DNA from: a virus
Strand: one strand, 5' to 3'
Virus record (IMG/VR): IMGVR_UViG_3300027833_000021
Location: 32,001-96,000 of that record
Length of the DNA stretch: 64,000 nucleotides
The position numbers and the translations under genes were made by a program. Shown here piece by piece: positions 49,287 to 56,923 of the stretch. The notes under the pieces are model-generated. The model worked only from the letters and a program-made list of their open reading frames with translations, was not told the origin of the DNA and ran no database searches. Position 1 is the stretch's first letter. Each line of letters begins with the position of its first letter.

Positions 49287-50542
49287 AACAAAAAGAAATC
49301 ATATCTAAGACATATTGTCCACTTCCCTTTAATCACTTATATGTACATCCCACAAATATGGCAAGTGTATGCTGTGCATTTCGTAAAGAGGGCGAGAGAG
49401 AAAGTTTACCTAATATCAAAGAGTATAAGAATTTAGGTGACCACTTAAAGCATCCATTCATAAAAGACATACAACAAAAGATGTTGAAAGGCGAGAAAGT
49501 AGATGGATGTGCTACGTGCTATTATGCTGAAGAGCATGGATATGAGAGTATGCGTGAGAAAGAAATAGCAACTTGGCATATTGAAACATTTCGAAACTTT
49601 ACCCCACCTGATTTAGAAAATCCAAAACTAGAATTTTTAGAAATGACATTTGGCAACTATTGTAATCTAGCATGTAGAACATGTCATAGTGACCTAAGTC
49701 ATAGTTGGATTGAAGACGAAGAAGAACTCGTAAAGCGTGGTCTTATGGGTAAAGTAGGTAATAAGAGAATTAATATTGAAAAAGAATGGCACCCAGACGA
49801 TTTTAAAGATTTACAGTATATAAAGATAACTGGCGGTGAGCCTATGTTACATCCTGATTTTCCTAAGTTTATGGCACAGTTAGAACAAAAAAATGTTTAC
49901 TGTTTCATATTTACTAATGCAAGTTGGGTGCCAAAGAAAAGAATCTTTGATATGTTAAAAGACTTTAAATTCCTTCAAGTATTTCTTAGTGTAGATGGCA
50001 CTGGTGATGTACAAGAGTATATGAGACATAACGCTAAGTGGGACACAACACACAAATCAGTAAGAACATGGATGGAATGGTCAGTCACTATGCCTAATGT
50101 TCAGGTAGCATGGGCGCCAACGTGGTCATTAATGAATGCAAGTTACTTCGTAGAAACATGTAATTGGTGGTTAGGACTAACAGAAGAAATACTGAGAGAT
50201 AAAAAACCTGGTGCAGACTGGAACTTAGTAAAAACAAATTTCGTATACGGTCCATCAATCTATCAAATGAGTTTATTACCAAAGAAGACAAAAGAAAAAC
50301 TAAAAATAGATGTACAAGAGTATATCGAAGAATTAAAGAATGGTGATATTGGCACATCTGAACTTATAATTGAGATGGCAGAAGCATATGTTCAATTCTT
50401 TGATAAAAACGAAAGCAATATGAATAAAAATTTTACAGACTATCACAAAATGACAGATGCATTAGATGAAATGCGTGGGCAATCTCTTAAGAAAATGATA
50501 CCATTGACCTATAAAGCAATGTACGAAATAGAGAAAAAGTAA
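49283..50542 (+). CDS. Radical SAM protein with N-terminal Twitch/SPASM-like domain (paralog B)
   Basis: CNLACRTC; close paralog of 46691. Confidence 0.9.
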   Translation: MKQKEIISKTYCPLPFNHLYVHPTNMASVCCAFRKEGERESLPNIKEYKNLGDHLKHPFIKDIQQKMLKGEKVDGCATCYYAEEHGYESMREKEIATWHIETFRNFTPPDLENPKLEFLEMTFGNYCNLACRTCHSDLSHSWIEDEEELVKRGLMGKVGNKRINIEKEWHPDDFKDLQYIKITGGEPMLHPDFPKFMAQLEQKNVYCFIFTNASWVPKKRIFDMLKDFKFLQVFLSVDGTGDVQEYMRHNAKWDTTHKSVRTWMEWSVTMPNVQVAWAPTWSLMNASYFVETCNWWLGLTEEILRDKKPGADWNLVKTNFVYGPSIYQMSLLPKKTKEKLKIDVQEYIEELKNGDIGTSELIIEMAEAYVQFFDKNESNMNKNFTDYHKMTDALDEMRGQSLKKMIPLTYKAMYEIEKK

Positions 50543-50611
50543 AATATAGGTTGACATTTAGTAATAGTTTGTGGTATAATAGACTTAATTAACAATACAA
50601 ATAGGTAGAAT

Positions 50612-51040
50612 ATGAATGATACTCCCGAAACACCAAAACCATTAGTAAGCGAATCTGGTGAATATGAAAACCTTATGGACCTCGCTGACCAGAATAAGGC
50701 AGAAGCAGAAGAAAATCCTGATGCTTTTCAAAGTCTATTCGAAGTAGAAGAAACTGTAATCGACCCAGACCATTGGACGCAACACTGGAAGGGAATGCCA
50801 GAGTATAAACAAGAAGACAACGGTCCATGGAAGACAGTGAGAATTCACTTCAGAAATGAAGAAGACTATAATGAGTTTGCAAAGTTAACTGGTAATACAC
50901 ACCTCACAAAGAAAACAAAAAGTGCTTGGTATCCGAAATTAGAGATTACTAAAAATGCGTTACTACGTTGGATAGAAGATGACGACGGAGACGAAGACGA
51001 CATACCATCAACGTATGACGAAGACAATGAAGAGGTGTAA
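50612..51040 (+). CDS. Partner protein of the TAGT-like glycosyltransferase
   Basis: WKGMPEY.QED..VHF.NEED..TKS.WYP; promoter TTGACA-18-TATAAT at 50551-50580. Confidence 0.7.
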   Translation: MNDTPETPKPLVSESGEYENLMDLADQNKAEAEENPDAFQSLFEVEETVIDPDHWTQHWKGMPEYKQEDNGPWKTVRIHFRNEEDYNEFAKLTGNTHLTKKTKSAWYPKLEITKNALLRWIEDDDGDEDDIPSTYDEDNEEV

Positions 51041-51982
51041 ATGAGAACAGCACCAAAATATCCAGTCTATATTATCTCTAAAACAAGACACGAATCTATG
51101 TTTACTTCTAGGTCATTGTCTCGTATGAAGATACATCATTATATTGCCATTGAGCCACAAGACTATGACAATTACGATAAATGTTTAGATACTTTTAATA
51201 TTAGAGACTATGTTACACTATTAGTATTGCCATTCAGTAATCACGGTGATGGTCCTGGTAGAGCAAGAAATTGGTGTTGGGACCACTCTATGGAAGTCCT
51301 AGGCGCTAAAAGACATTGGGTAATGGATGATAACATACAGGACTTCTACAGATTACATAACAATCAACGTATTCGTGTTGAGTCAGGTGTAATGTTTAAG
51401 ATTATGGAAGACTTCTGTGATAGATATGATAATGTAAAGATTGCAGGTCCACAGTATCGTTTCTTCTGTGCGGCAGACCAATCATATCCACCTTATGTAA
51501 AGAACACAAGAATTTATTCTACACTTCTAATCGAAAACGATTGTAAGTATAGATGGCGAGGCAGATATAATGAAGACACTGATATCTGTTTGAGAGTTCT
51601 TAAAGATGGTGATTGCACTGTACAGTTTAATGCGTTCTTACAAGGTAAGTGTGCAACTCAAACAGTCAAAGGTGGTAATACCGAAGAATTCTATCATGCT
51701 GAATTTACGGAAAATGAAGACTTTAAAAAGACAGGTTATAATACTGACGGTACAATCAACAAGTCACAGATGTTAGCAGACATGCATCCAGACGTTGCAA
51801 AAGTAGTTTGGAAATATGGAAGATGGCATCATTATGTAGATTACCTGCCATTTAAAAAGAATATGTTATCTATCAAAGAAGGCACTCATTTGCCAGAAGG
51901 TATAAATAACTACGGACTAGAACTAAGAAAATATTCTAGTGTCCAAGATTTTGAAATAGAACAGAGAGTAACAAGCAAATAA
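51041..51982 (+). CDS. TET-associated/GREB1-like glycosyltransferase (putative DNA-base GT)
   Basis: PVYIISK.R, ARNWCWD, WVMDDNI, YNEDTD.CLRVL. Confidence 0.75.
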   Translation: MRTAPKYPVYIISKTRHESMFTSRSLSRMKIHHYIAIEPQDYDNYDKCLDTFNIRDYVTLLVLPFSNHGDGPGRARNWCWDHSMEVLGAKRHWVMDDNIQDFYRLHNNQRIRVESGVMFKIMEDFCDRYDNVKIAGPQYRFFCAADQSYPPYVKNTRIYSTLLIENDCKYRWRGRYNEDTDICLRVLKDGDCTVQFNAFLQGKCATQTVKGGNTEEFYHAEFTENEDFKKTGYNTDGTINKSQMLADMHPDVAKVVWKYGRWHHYVDYLPFKKNMLSIKEGTHLPEGINNYGLELRKYSSVQDFEIEQRVTSK

Positions 51983-51996
51983 AATAATAATAATTA

Positions 51997-52072
51997 GCCG
52001 ATGTAGCACAGTTGGTAGTGCAACTGATTTGTAATCAGTAGGTCGGGAGTTCGAGTCTCTCCATCGGCACCA
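51997..52072 (+). tRNA. tRNA-Thr(UGU)
   Basis: Cloverleaf; anticodon loop TT-TGT-AA; CCA encoded. Confidence 0.95.
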
Positions 52073-52082
52073 TATTTAAAAT

Positions 52083-52156
52083 GCGGCTATGATGTAAGGG
52101 TAGCCTCCCTCGTTGCCAACGAGAGTGTCCGAGTTCGAATCTCGGTAGCCGCTCCA
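52083..52156 (+). tRNA. tRNA-Gly(GCC)
   Basis: Cloverleaf; TT-GCC-AA; ends TCCA. Confidence 0.93.
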
Positions 52157-52162
52157 GTTCGT

Positions 52163-52238
52163 TCCTCAGTAGTTCAGTTGGTAGAACACCGGACTGTTAA
52201 TCCGTATGTCGCTAGTTCGAGCCTAGCCTGAGGAGCCA
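52163..52238 (+). tRNA. tRNA-Asn(GUU)
   Basis: Cloverleaf; CT-GTT-AA; ends GCCA. Confidence 0.95.
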
Positions 52239-52244
52239 AAATTC

Positions 52245-52334
52245 GGAGAAGTGGGAGAGTGGTTTAATCCACCGGTCTTGAAAACCGGCGTACCTTTATC
52301 GGTACCGTGAGTTCGAATCTCACCTTCTCCGCCA
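52245..52334 (+). tRNA. tRNA-Ser(UGA)
   Basis: Long variable arm; CT-TGA-AA; ends GCCA. Confidence 0.95.
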
Positions 52335-52353
52335 CTCTAAAGAAAGAAACAAC

Positions 52354-52578
52354 ATGTTTACAGTCGAAGAAGAATTCGATGAAAGTATCGTAACTATATT
52401 GGACATAAATGGACAATATGAAGATATTATGATGTATTATTCCGAGAATGGTGTATACATTACACAGTATAATGAACAAACTGATGAAGATACAATCATA
52501 GAATTGACTACAGAAATGTGGGAAACAATGATTGAAGCCTATAATAGAACTAACGGAACATATATAGTCACAAAATAG
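52354..52578 (+). CDS. Hypothetical acidic protein
   Basis: ORF after the tRNA cluster. Confidence 0.7.
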   Translation: MFTVEEEFDESIVTILDINGQYEDIMMYYSENGVYITQYNEQTDEDTIIELTTEMWETMIEAYNRTNGTYIVTK

Positions 52579-52581
52579 TTA

Positions 52582-52641
52582 TTGACATCTCCTGGAATTA
52601 TGTTATATTAATTACATAATCAATAGAGAGAACGAATCACA
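52582..52641 (+). promoter_or_regulatory. Early promoter cassette TTGACA-16-TATATT
   Basis: Shares TGTTATATTAATTACATAATCA with the cassette at 52838. Confidence 0.8.
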
Positions 52642-52833
52642 ATGAACATTTTTACTTTTACTGCATATGGTGAAGAATTTACAGCACCAGCGGAAGCAGG
52701 ACGTGACCTATTCCGAGAAGCAACAAATGAACTTTTATGGCAAAATCCTGAGTACAAACCAGGCATGTGGGTAGAATCATATAATAACACTTATATCTGG
52801 ACAGAAGGTGCAATGCCTAAGATTTTTGAGTAA
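52642..52833 (+). CDS. Early hypothetical protein
   Basis: Own promoter and GAGAG RBS. Confidence 0.7.
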   Translation: MNIFTFTAYGEEFTAPAEAGRDLFREATNELLWQNPEYKPGMWVESYNNTYIWTEGAMPKIFE

Positions 52834-52837
52834 AAAC

Positions 52838-52896
52838 TTGACAAACCAGCGAATCGTGTTATATTAATTACATAATCAGAGAAAAGAGAGAATCAC
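52838..52896 (+). promoter_or_regulatory. Early promoter cassette TTGACA-16-TATATT with CGAATCG in the spacer
   Basis: Repeat of the 52582 cassette. Confidence 0.8.
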
Positions 52897-53142
52897 ATGT
52901 CAATCATATATTCAACATTAACAGACTCAATTACTAAAGCAACTTTCGACCCAGACAACTGGAATGCTGATGGTAGCATTAACTGGAGTTTTGTTGACTC
53001 AGATGCGTACCACGAATGTTTTAAATTGTATGCAAGTGTTGAGGGTTTCTACCGTGATTTTAACGAGATTGTTAACTGTATAATCGCAGAAATGCGTGAA
53101 GAAGCAGATGCAGAAGCACGTTTTGAGATTGTAAATTCTTAG
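52897..53142 (+). CDS. Early hypothetical protein (DG.INW.FVDSD motif)
   Basis: Own promoter. Confidence 0.7.
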   Translation: MSIIYSTLTDSITKATFDPDNWNADGSINWSFVDSDAYHECFKLYASVEGFYRDFNEIVNCIIAEMREEADAEARFEIVNS

Positions 53143-53150
53143 TCAAAAAC

Positions 53151-53179
53151 TTGACAGATTCGTGAATCTGTGGTATAAT
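53151..53179 (+). promoter_or_regulatory. Promoter TTGACA-17-TATAAT with palindrome ACAGATTC-GT-GAATCTGT
   Basis: Consensus hexamers; inverted repeat in the spacer. Confidence 0.85.
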
Positions 53180-53211
53180 ATAAGTATATTCAACAATAGA
53201 GAGGTAATAAT

Positions 53212-53562
53212 ATGACAAACGCAACAGTAGATTTAGAGTTGATTCCAGCAATTATAGAAGAGGCAAAAGAAGCCGCTTATATTGCCGCTGATAAGTTTTT
53301 TAACGAAAAACTTGGTGGTGAAGACCAGATGGCATGTGGTTTCGCATGGGTTAACATTTACGGTGTTAAGATGAATACTAAGTTAGGTAAAGCGTTTAAA
53401 GCCGCTGGCCTTGACAAGGATTACTCAGGTGCTATTAGTATTTGGAATCCATCAGGTATTAACGTACAAAACGTTGATGTTAAAGAAGCGGGTGCCGAAG
53501 CGGCCGCTGATGTGTTCACAAATTATGGTTTCAAAGCATACGCAGGTTCTAGGTTAGATTAA
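53212..53562 (+). CDS. Conserved phage early protein (CGFAWV motif)
   Basis: GAGG RBS; ends SRLD. Confidence 0.8.
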   Translation: MTNATVDLELIPAIIEEAKEAAYIAADKFFNEKLGGEDQMACGFAWVNIYGVKMNTKLGKAFKAAGLDKDYSGAISIWNPSGINVQNVDVKEAGAEAAADVFTNYGFKAYAGSRLD

Positions 53563-53576
53563 TAAAATTATGAAAT

Positions 53577-53668
53577 TAATTACAGAAAACTTTTACTCTT
53601 GGTGTTTTATGCATGTATTAGGCAGTCTGCCGTATGAATACATGCGTAACGAGGGTCAGATGTAATTA
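53577..53668 (+). ncRNA. Long hairpin RNA candidate
   Basis: TAATTACA/TGTAATTA and TTATGCATGTATT/AATACATGCGTAA stems. Confidence 0.4.
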
Positions 53669-53700
53669 TAATAATAAGAAACTATTAATAATAACTTCAG

Positions 53701-53724
53701 GCCCTCTTTATGAGGGCTTTTTTT
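53701..53724 (+). terminator. Intrinsic terminator (same hairpin as 3070)
   Basis: GCCCTC-TTTAT-GAGGGC-T7. Confidence 0.9.
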
Positions 53725-53726
53725 AT

Positions 53727-53802
53727 GACTACACTTCGCCTTACTGCAATAAGGTGTCTTTGCAGAGACAGAGGCCTCGAAAGGGTCAAAGATAGTGTAG
53801 TT
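53727..53802 (+). ncRNA. 76-nt four-way-junction RNA with complementary loops
   Basis: 9-bp closing stem; three hairpins; loops CTGCAA and TTGCAG. Confidence 0.6.
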
Positions 53803-53815
53803 TTAAAAGAATAAC

Positions 53816-53889
53816 GTTGGCGTGGCAGAATGATTATGCGACGGATTGCAAATCCGTTTATATAGGTTTGATTCCTATCGCCAACTCCA
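53816..53889 (+). tRNA. tRNA-Cys(GCA)
   Basis: Cloverleaf; TT-GCA-AA; U73; CCA; T-loop variant TTTGATT. Confidence 0.9.
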
Positions 53890-53891
53890 AT

Positions 53892-53965
53892 ATCGGTGAA
53901 GTGTTTCGGTAGCACGACAGTCTCCAAAACTGTAAGGCGGGGTTCGACTCCCTGCACCGATGCCA
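53892..53965 (+). tRNA. tRNA-Trp(CCA)
   Basis: Cloverleaf; CT-CCA-AA; ends GCCA. Confidence 0.92.
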
Positions 53966-54049
53966 CTTGACATTAGGTATTCAATGTGTTATTATAATAG
54001 AGTAGTAATAATGCTACAACACACAGAAACATACACACAGGAGAAGTAA

Positions 54050-54280
54050 ATGGTTTCAAATAATAAAAATGCGTATGAGATACGCACAGAGATACTAAGC
54101 ATGGCTCAAGGTTTTGTTATGGATAAATTTCATAACAAACATCAAAAATGGTTAGATTCGACAGATAGACATCCAGAAACGGGTGTTATATTGTATGTTG
54201 GCGAAGCGCCAAAGTATCCTACCTCTGACGAGATACTAGCAGAAGCAGAGAAGTTATATTCTTTCGTTGATACTAAGTAG
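54050..54280 (+). CDS. Conserved phage hypothetical protein (NAYEIR..IL.MA)
   Basis: AGGAG RBS; promoter at 53967-53998. Confidence 0.8.
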   Translation: MVSNNKNAYEIRTEILSMAQGFVMDKFHNKHQKWLDSTDRHPETGVILYVGEAPKYPTSDEILAEAEKLYSFVDTK

Positions 54281-54288
54281 TTAGATTA

Positions 54289-54311
54289 AGCCACCTTCGG
54301 GTGGCTTTTTT
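54289..54311 (+). terminator. Terminator between convergent genes
   Basis: AAGCCACC-TTCG-GGTGGCTT followed by a T-tract. Confidence 0.9.
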
Positions 54312-54453
54312 ATTTGGCGTAGTTAATACTTCTTTTCGACCCTTTTTGAGGTCGCATTCCTGCTGAAAAATGTCTATCAGGATATCCTGTAGCATATAGT
54401 ATGGACTTTGTTGGTATAACTCTACGAAATGGTTTCTTTACTAAATGTGTCAT
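54310..54453 (-). CDS. Small basic protein (47 aa, MTHLVKKPFRRVIPTKS...)
   Basis: Read manually; continues the minus-strand operon. Confidence 0.45.
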   Translation of the reverse strand: MTHLVKKPFRRVIPTKSILYATGYPDRHFSAGMRPQKGSKRSINYAK

Positions 54454-54604
54454 TTGTTTCTCTTGTAAATTTAATCCCACAATATCCACATACTACATAT
54501 CCTTCTTCAGGTACAGAGTAATAAACTTTAGGATGACTATTATCCTCACCCATACAAGATACACCTTCATCTTTAACATAGATTATTGTTTCTGGATTTG
54601 TCAT
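54422..54604 (-). CDS. zf-CHCC zinc-finger protein
   Basis: VSC.G...HPKVY......VVCGYCG. Confidence 0.85.
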   Translation of the reverse strand: MTNPETIIYVKDEGVSCMGEDNSHPKVYYSVPEEGYVVCGYCGIKFTRETNDTFSKETIS

Positions 54605-55278
54605 TATTGCTTTTGGATATATAGATAGATTTTTTTGAGTAATCGTTTGATTACAGGATTATTTGTGTCCCAGTTGAATAGGGCAAAATAACCAAGCAAG
54701 TCAGGACTTAAGAATTGTCCTACTTTAGTTTTGAATTGTGCTGTTTTCTTAGCCATTCTTAGTAAGTCTACTGCACCTTCTTTACCAACCTTACGAATGA
54801 ATTCATCACCAATGTTCATAGCATAGGCTTCGATTTCATCAGGACGGCTCATGTATTCTTTATGACTGTCACTTTTGTCATAACCTTCAGAACCAGGATG
54901 ATAATCTCTGTTTCTGTATTGTGTCATATGAAGAAGTTCATGTTTCAGAGTATCTTTTAGATGATTTAAGAAATACTTTTTACTGTTCTTTGACCAAGTG
55001 AAACTCTCAGGTCCTTTAGAACTTAACACTATTCTAATGAATATTGATGTTTCTTGACCTTCGGATTCTTCGTCTTTGTCTGGGTCATAGTGGGCACCTA
55101 GAGTTAGTTCGCCTTCTTCTAAATCGGGAACTCTTTCTATTTTTACTGATGCAATAGGAAAATGTTTTTCTACGATATCTATTATTTCGCTATGGGATTG
55201 GGTTCCCTTAATATCTTTTGCAATTCCAGACAAGTCTAATTCTTGTCCATCAGGTGCAATTATTTCCGATATTAACAT
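54604..55278 (-). CDS. HExxH metallopeptidase-like protein
   Basis: HELLHMTQ...Y...PDEIEAYA; start moved to MLISEII (55278). Confidence 0.7.
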   Translation of the reverse strand: MLISEIIAPDGQELDLSGIAKDIKGTQSHSEIIDIVEKHFPIASVKIERVPDLEEGELTLGAHYDPDKDEESEGQETSIFIRIVLSSKGPESFTWSKNSKKYFLNHLKDTLKHELLHMTQYRNRDYHPGSEGYDKSDSHKEYMSRPDEIEAYAMNIGDEFIRKVGKEGAVDLLRMAKKTAQFKTKVGQFLSPDLLGYFALFNWDTNNPVIKRLLKKIYLYIQKQ

Positions 55279-55279
55279 T

Positions 55280-55672
55280 TTACCAAGCCTTACAAGACCA
55301 GTAACGTGCTTTAGTTTTAGGGCCAGGATTTTTGCAGTTATGTCTTGCACGGAAACTAGCACGTGCTTTAGGATTAGACTTACGAATTTTCATAGTCTTT
55401 TCACCTTTTGATTTAGCACTTGTTCCGCCATGTCCAAAGTTTACTTTGATAACGTTACCTTTATCATTGTTGACATATACTTTAAACTTCTTAACATCAC
55501 CACGCATTGGTTTGTTTAGTTTAACTTTGCGACCTTGATATTCTGCTTCAAATAAATCGTTTTCGTCTTCACTATACGCAAGATATCCAAACTCTTCATG
55601 GAAGTCTTGGTTATCCTCTAAAGTAATTTCTTCAACGATTATTGATTCTTGTAATAATTCTGTTAGTTTCAT
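55280..55672 (-). CDS. DUF6321-like internal head protein (acidic leader, basic body)
   Basis: E|AEYQGRKVKLNKP...FRARHNC...RYWSC; late motif at 55703-55710. Confidence 0.75.
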   Translation of the reverse strand: MKLTELLQESIIVEEITLEDNQDFHEEFGYLAYSEDENDLFEAEYQGRKVKLNKPMRGDVKKFKVYVNNDKGNVIKVNFGHGGTSAKSKGEKTMKIRKSNPKARASFRARHNCKNPGPKTKARYWSCKAW

Positions 55673-55676
55673 ATCT

Positions 55677-55949
55677 TTACTTCTCTGTTATTGAACTAAC
55701 TGTATTTATGCTTTTGGCTTCTCTTCGTTTTCTTTTAATTCGTCTAAAAACTTTGCCCCATGCTCTTTCATGTAAGAAGTATACAACAAACTTTATCATA
55801 GCATCAATAGATGCGATAGTACCGGCAACAGTAGCACTTCCAATTAGACCAAACGATATCATAAAGGTAATACATATAGATAGAAGTCGGTATGATAACG
55901 ACTTATATAAGTGAATGTGTAGTGCTTTCATTATTTTCTCCCCTCTCAT
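55677..55949 (-). CDS. DUF2061 small membrane protein
   Basis: KSLSYR...YFLHERAW. Confidence 0.8.
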   Translation of the reverse strand: MRGEKIMKALHIHLYKSLSYRLLSICITFMISFGLIGSATVAGTIASIDAMIKFVVYFLHERAWGKVFRRIKRKRREAKSINTVSSITEK

Positions 55950-56066
55950 ATGTATTTATGGGTTACTTTTGATGAAATATATGCTTATTTTTCTCAAAAA
56001 CTTGACAAAAGTGGCTAATATGCTATAATTAGTGTATAAGTTAATTTTTATAGGGATGGTGGGTAA

Positions 56067-56645
56067 ATGAATACAGAATCATATGCAAAAGAATTGCGTG
56101 ATATCTTTGACAGAAATGCATACTCAACACTAATTGCACAAGTAGGTGACCAGTTAAATGACCGAAAGGACCGCTTTGATAAGAGTGATATTATCGAACA
56201 AGCAGTTGCAGTCTATTCTGGTGACAGGCTTATATGGGTAGACTTAATTGGTCGTGACCACGTAGACCCAACAAGAAAGTTTGATTTAGAGTTCAAGTAT
56301 GTATCGAACGGATTGTTTACAAAAGTTCAAAAGTTACCAAAAAAAATTGTGAATGTAAAGTTAAAGAATAACTTAGGTTCACATAAAGGTATTACAGTTG
56401 ACCATCCAGCAGATTTCTATATGATTGGGCAACAAGACGCAATTGCAATAATCAGTTGGGAAGATATTCAGAAATATCTAGTTGCAGTACCTGATGGTAT
56501 CGAGGCACGTATTCCATTTGATGCTCTTAGTTTTATATTTGATTTCAATGATATTGAATACAGTCAAAAACAGATTAATGCAGATTATAAGAAGATTAAA
56601 ATGGATGCTCAACGCCAATTGATTGAGACATTTAAAGATAGTTAA
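56067..56645 (+). CDS. Putative PD-(D/E)XK endonuclease
   Basis: E...GRD...DLEFK motif; own promoter TTGACA-16-TATAAT at 56002-56029. Confidence 0.55.
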   Translation: MNTESYAKELRDIFDRNAYSTLIAQVGDQLNDRKDRFDKSDIIEQAVAVYSGDRLIWVDLIGRDHVDPTRKFDLEFKYVSNGLFTKVQKLPKKIVNVKLKNNLGSHKGITVDHPADFYMIGQQDAIAIISWEDIQKYLVAVPDGIEARIPFDALSFIFDFNDIEYSQKQINADYKKIKMDAQRQLIETFKDS

Positions 56646-56923
56646 CACGTTGTTAATTAGTAGGCAATAGGAATAAATAGATAAGTTCGTAAAATAACAT
56701 TGAAAAACTTGACTTTCAATGTTCGATATGTTAATATAGATATATAATTAGTTGAATTCACTAGATTAGATTATATTTGAAAAAATAATTTAACTAGGAA
56801 TTAGTCGAGGGTTTCCTATCGTTTCAAAGCGATAGCGTTGCCGTCGATATCGTGTGTTCTCTAAAAAGAACATATGCATCCGCACTGATGTAAAACTACT
56901 TTTTAATATAACAGGAGTAACAT

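Noticed and set aside
46709-50542. Diversity-generating retroelement TR/VR pair (also considered for the Mtd-like N-terminus at 14792)
   Set aside because: Differences are not adenine-specific and are largely synonymous; no reverse transcriptase in the window
52245-52334. Opal suppressor or selenocysteine tRNA; alternative genetic code
   Set aside because: Anticodon UGA reads UCA (Ser). Conserved genes are intact in code 11 and all three stop codons are used
52264-52479. Minus-strand ORF (and likewise 53697-53966)
   Set aside because: Antisense to tRNA genes
53727-53802. Hammerhead, twister, pistol or theta ribozyme, or pseudo-tRNA identity
   Set aside because: I could not find the catalytic core consensus of these classes (for example CUGAUGA), nor a T-loop or CCA; kept as an unknown RNA
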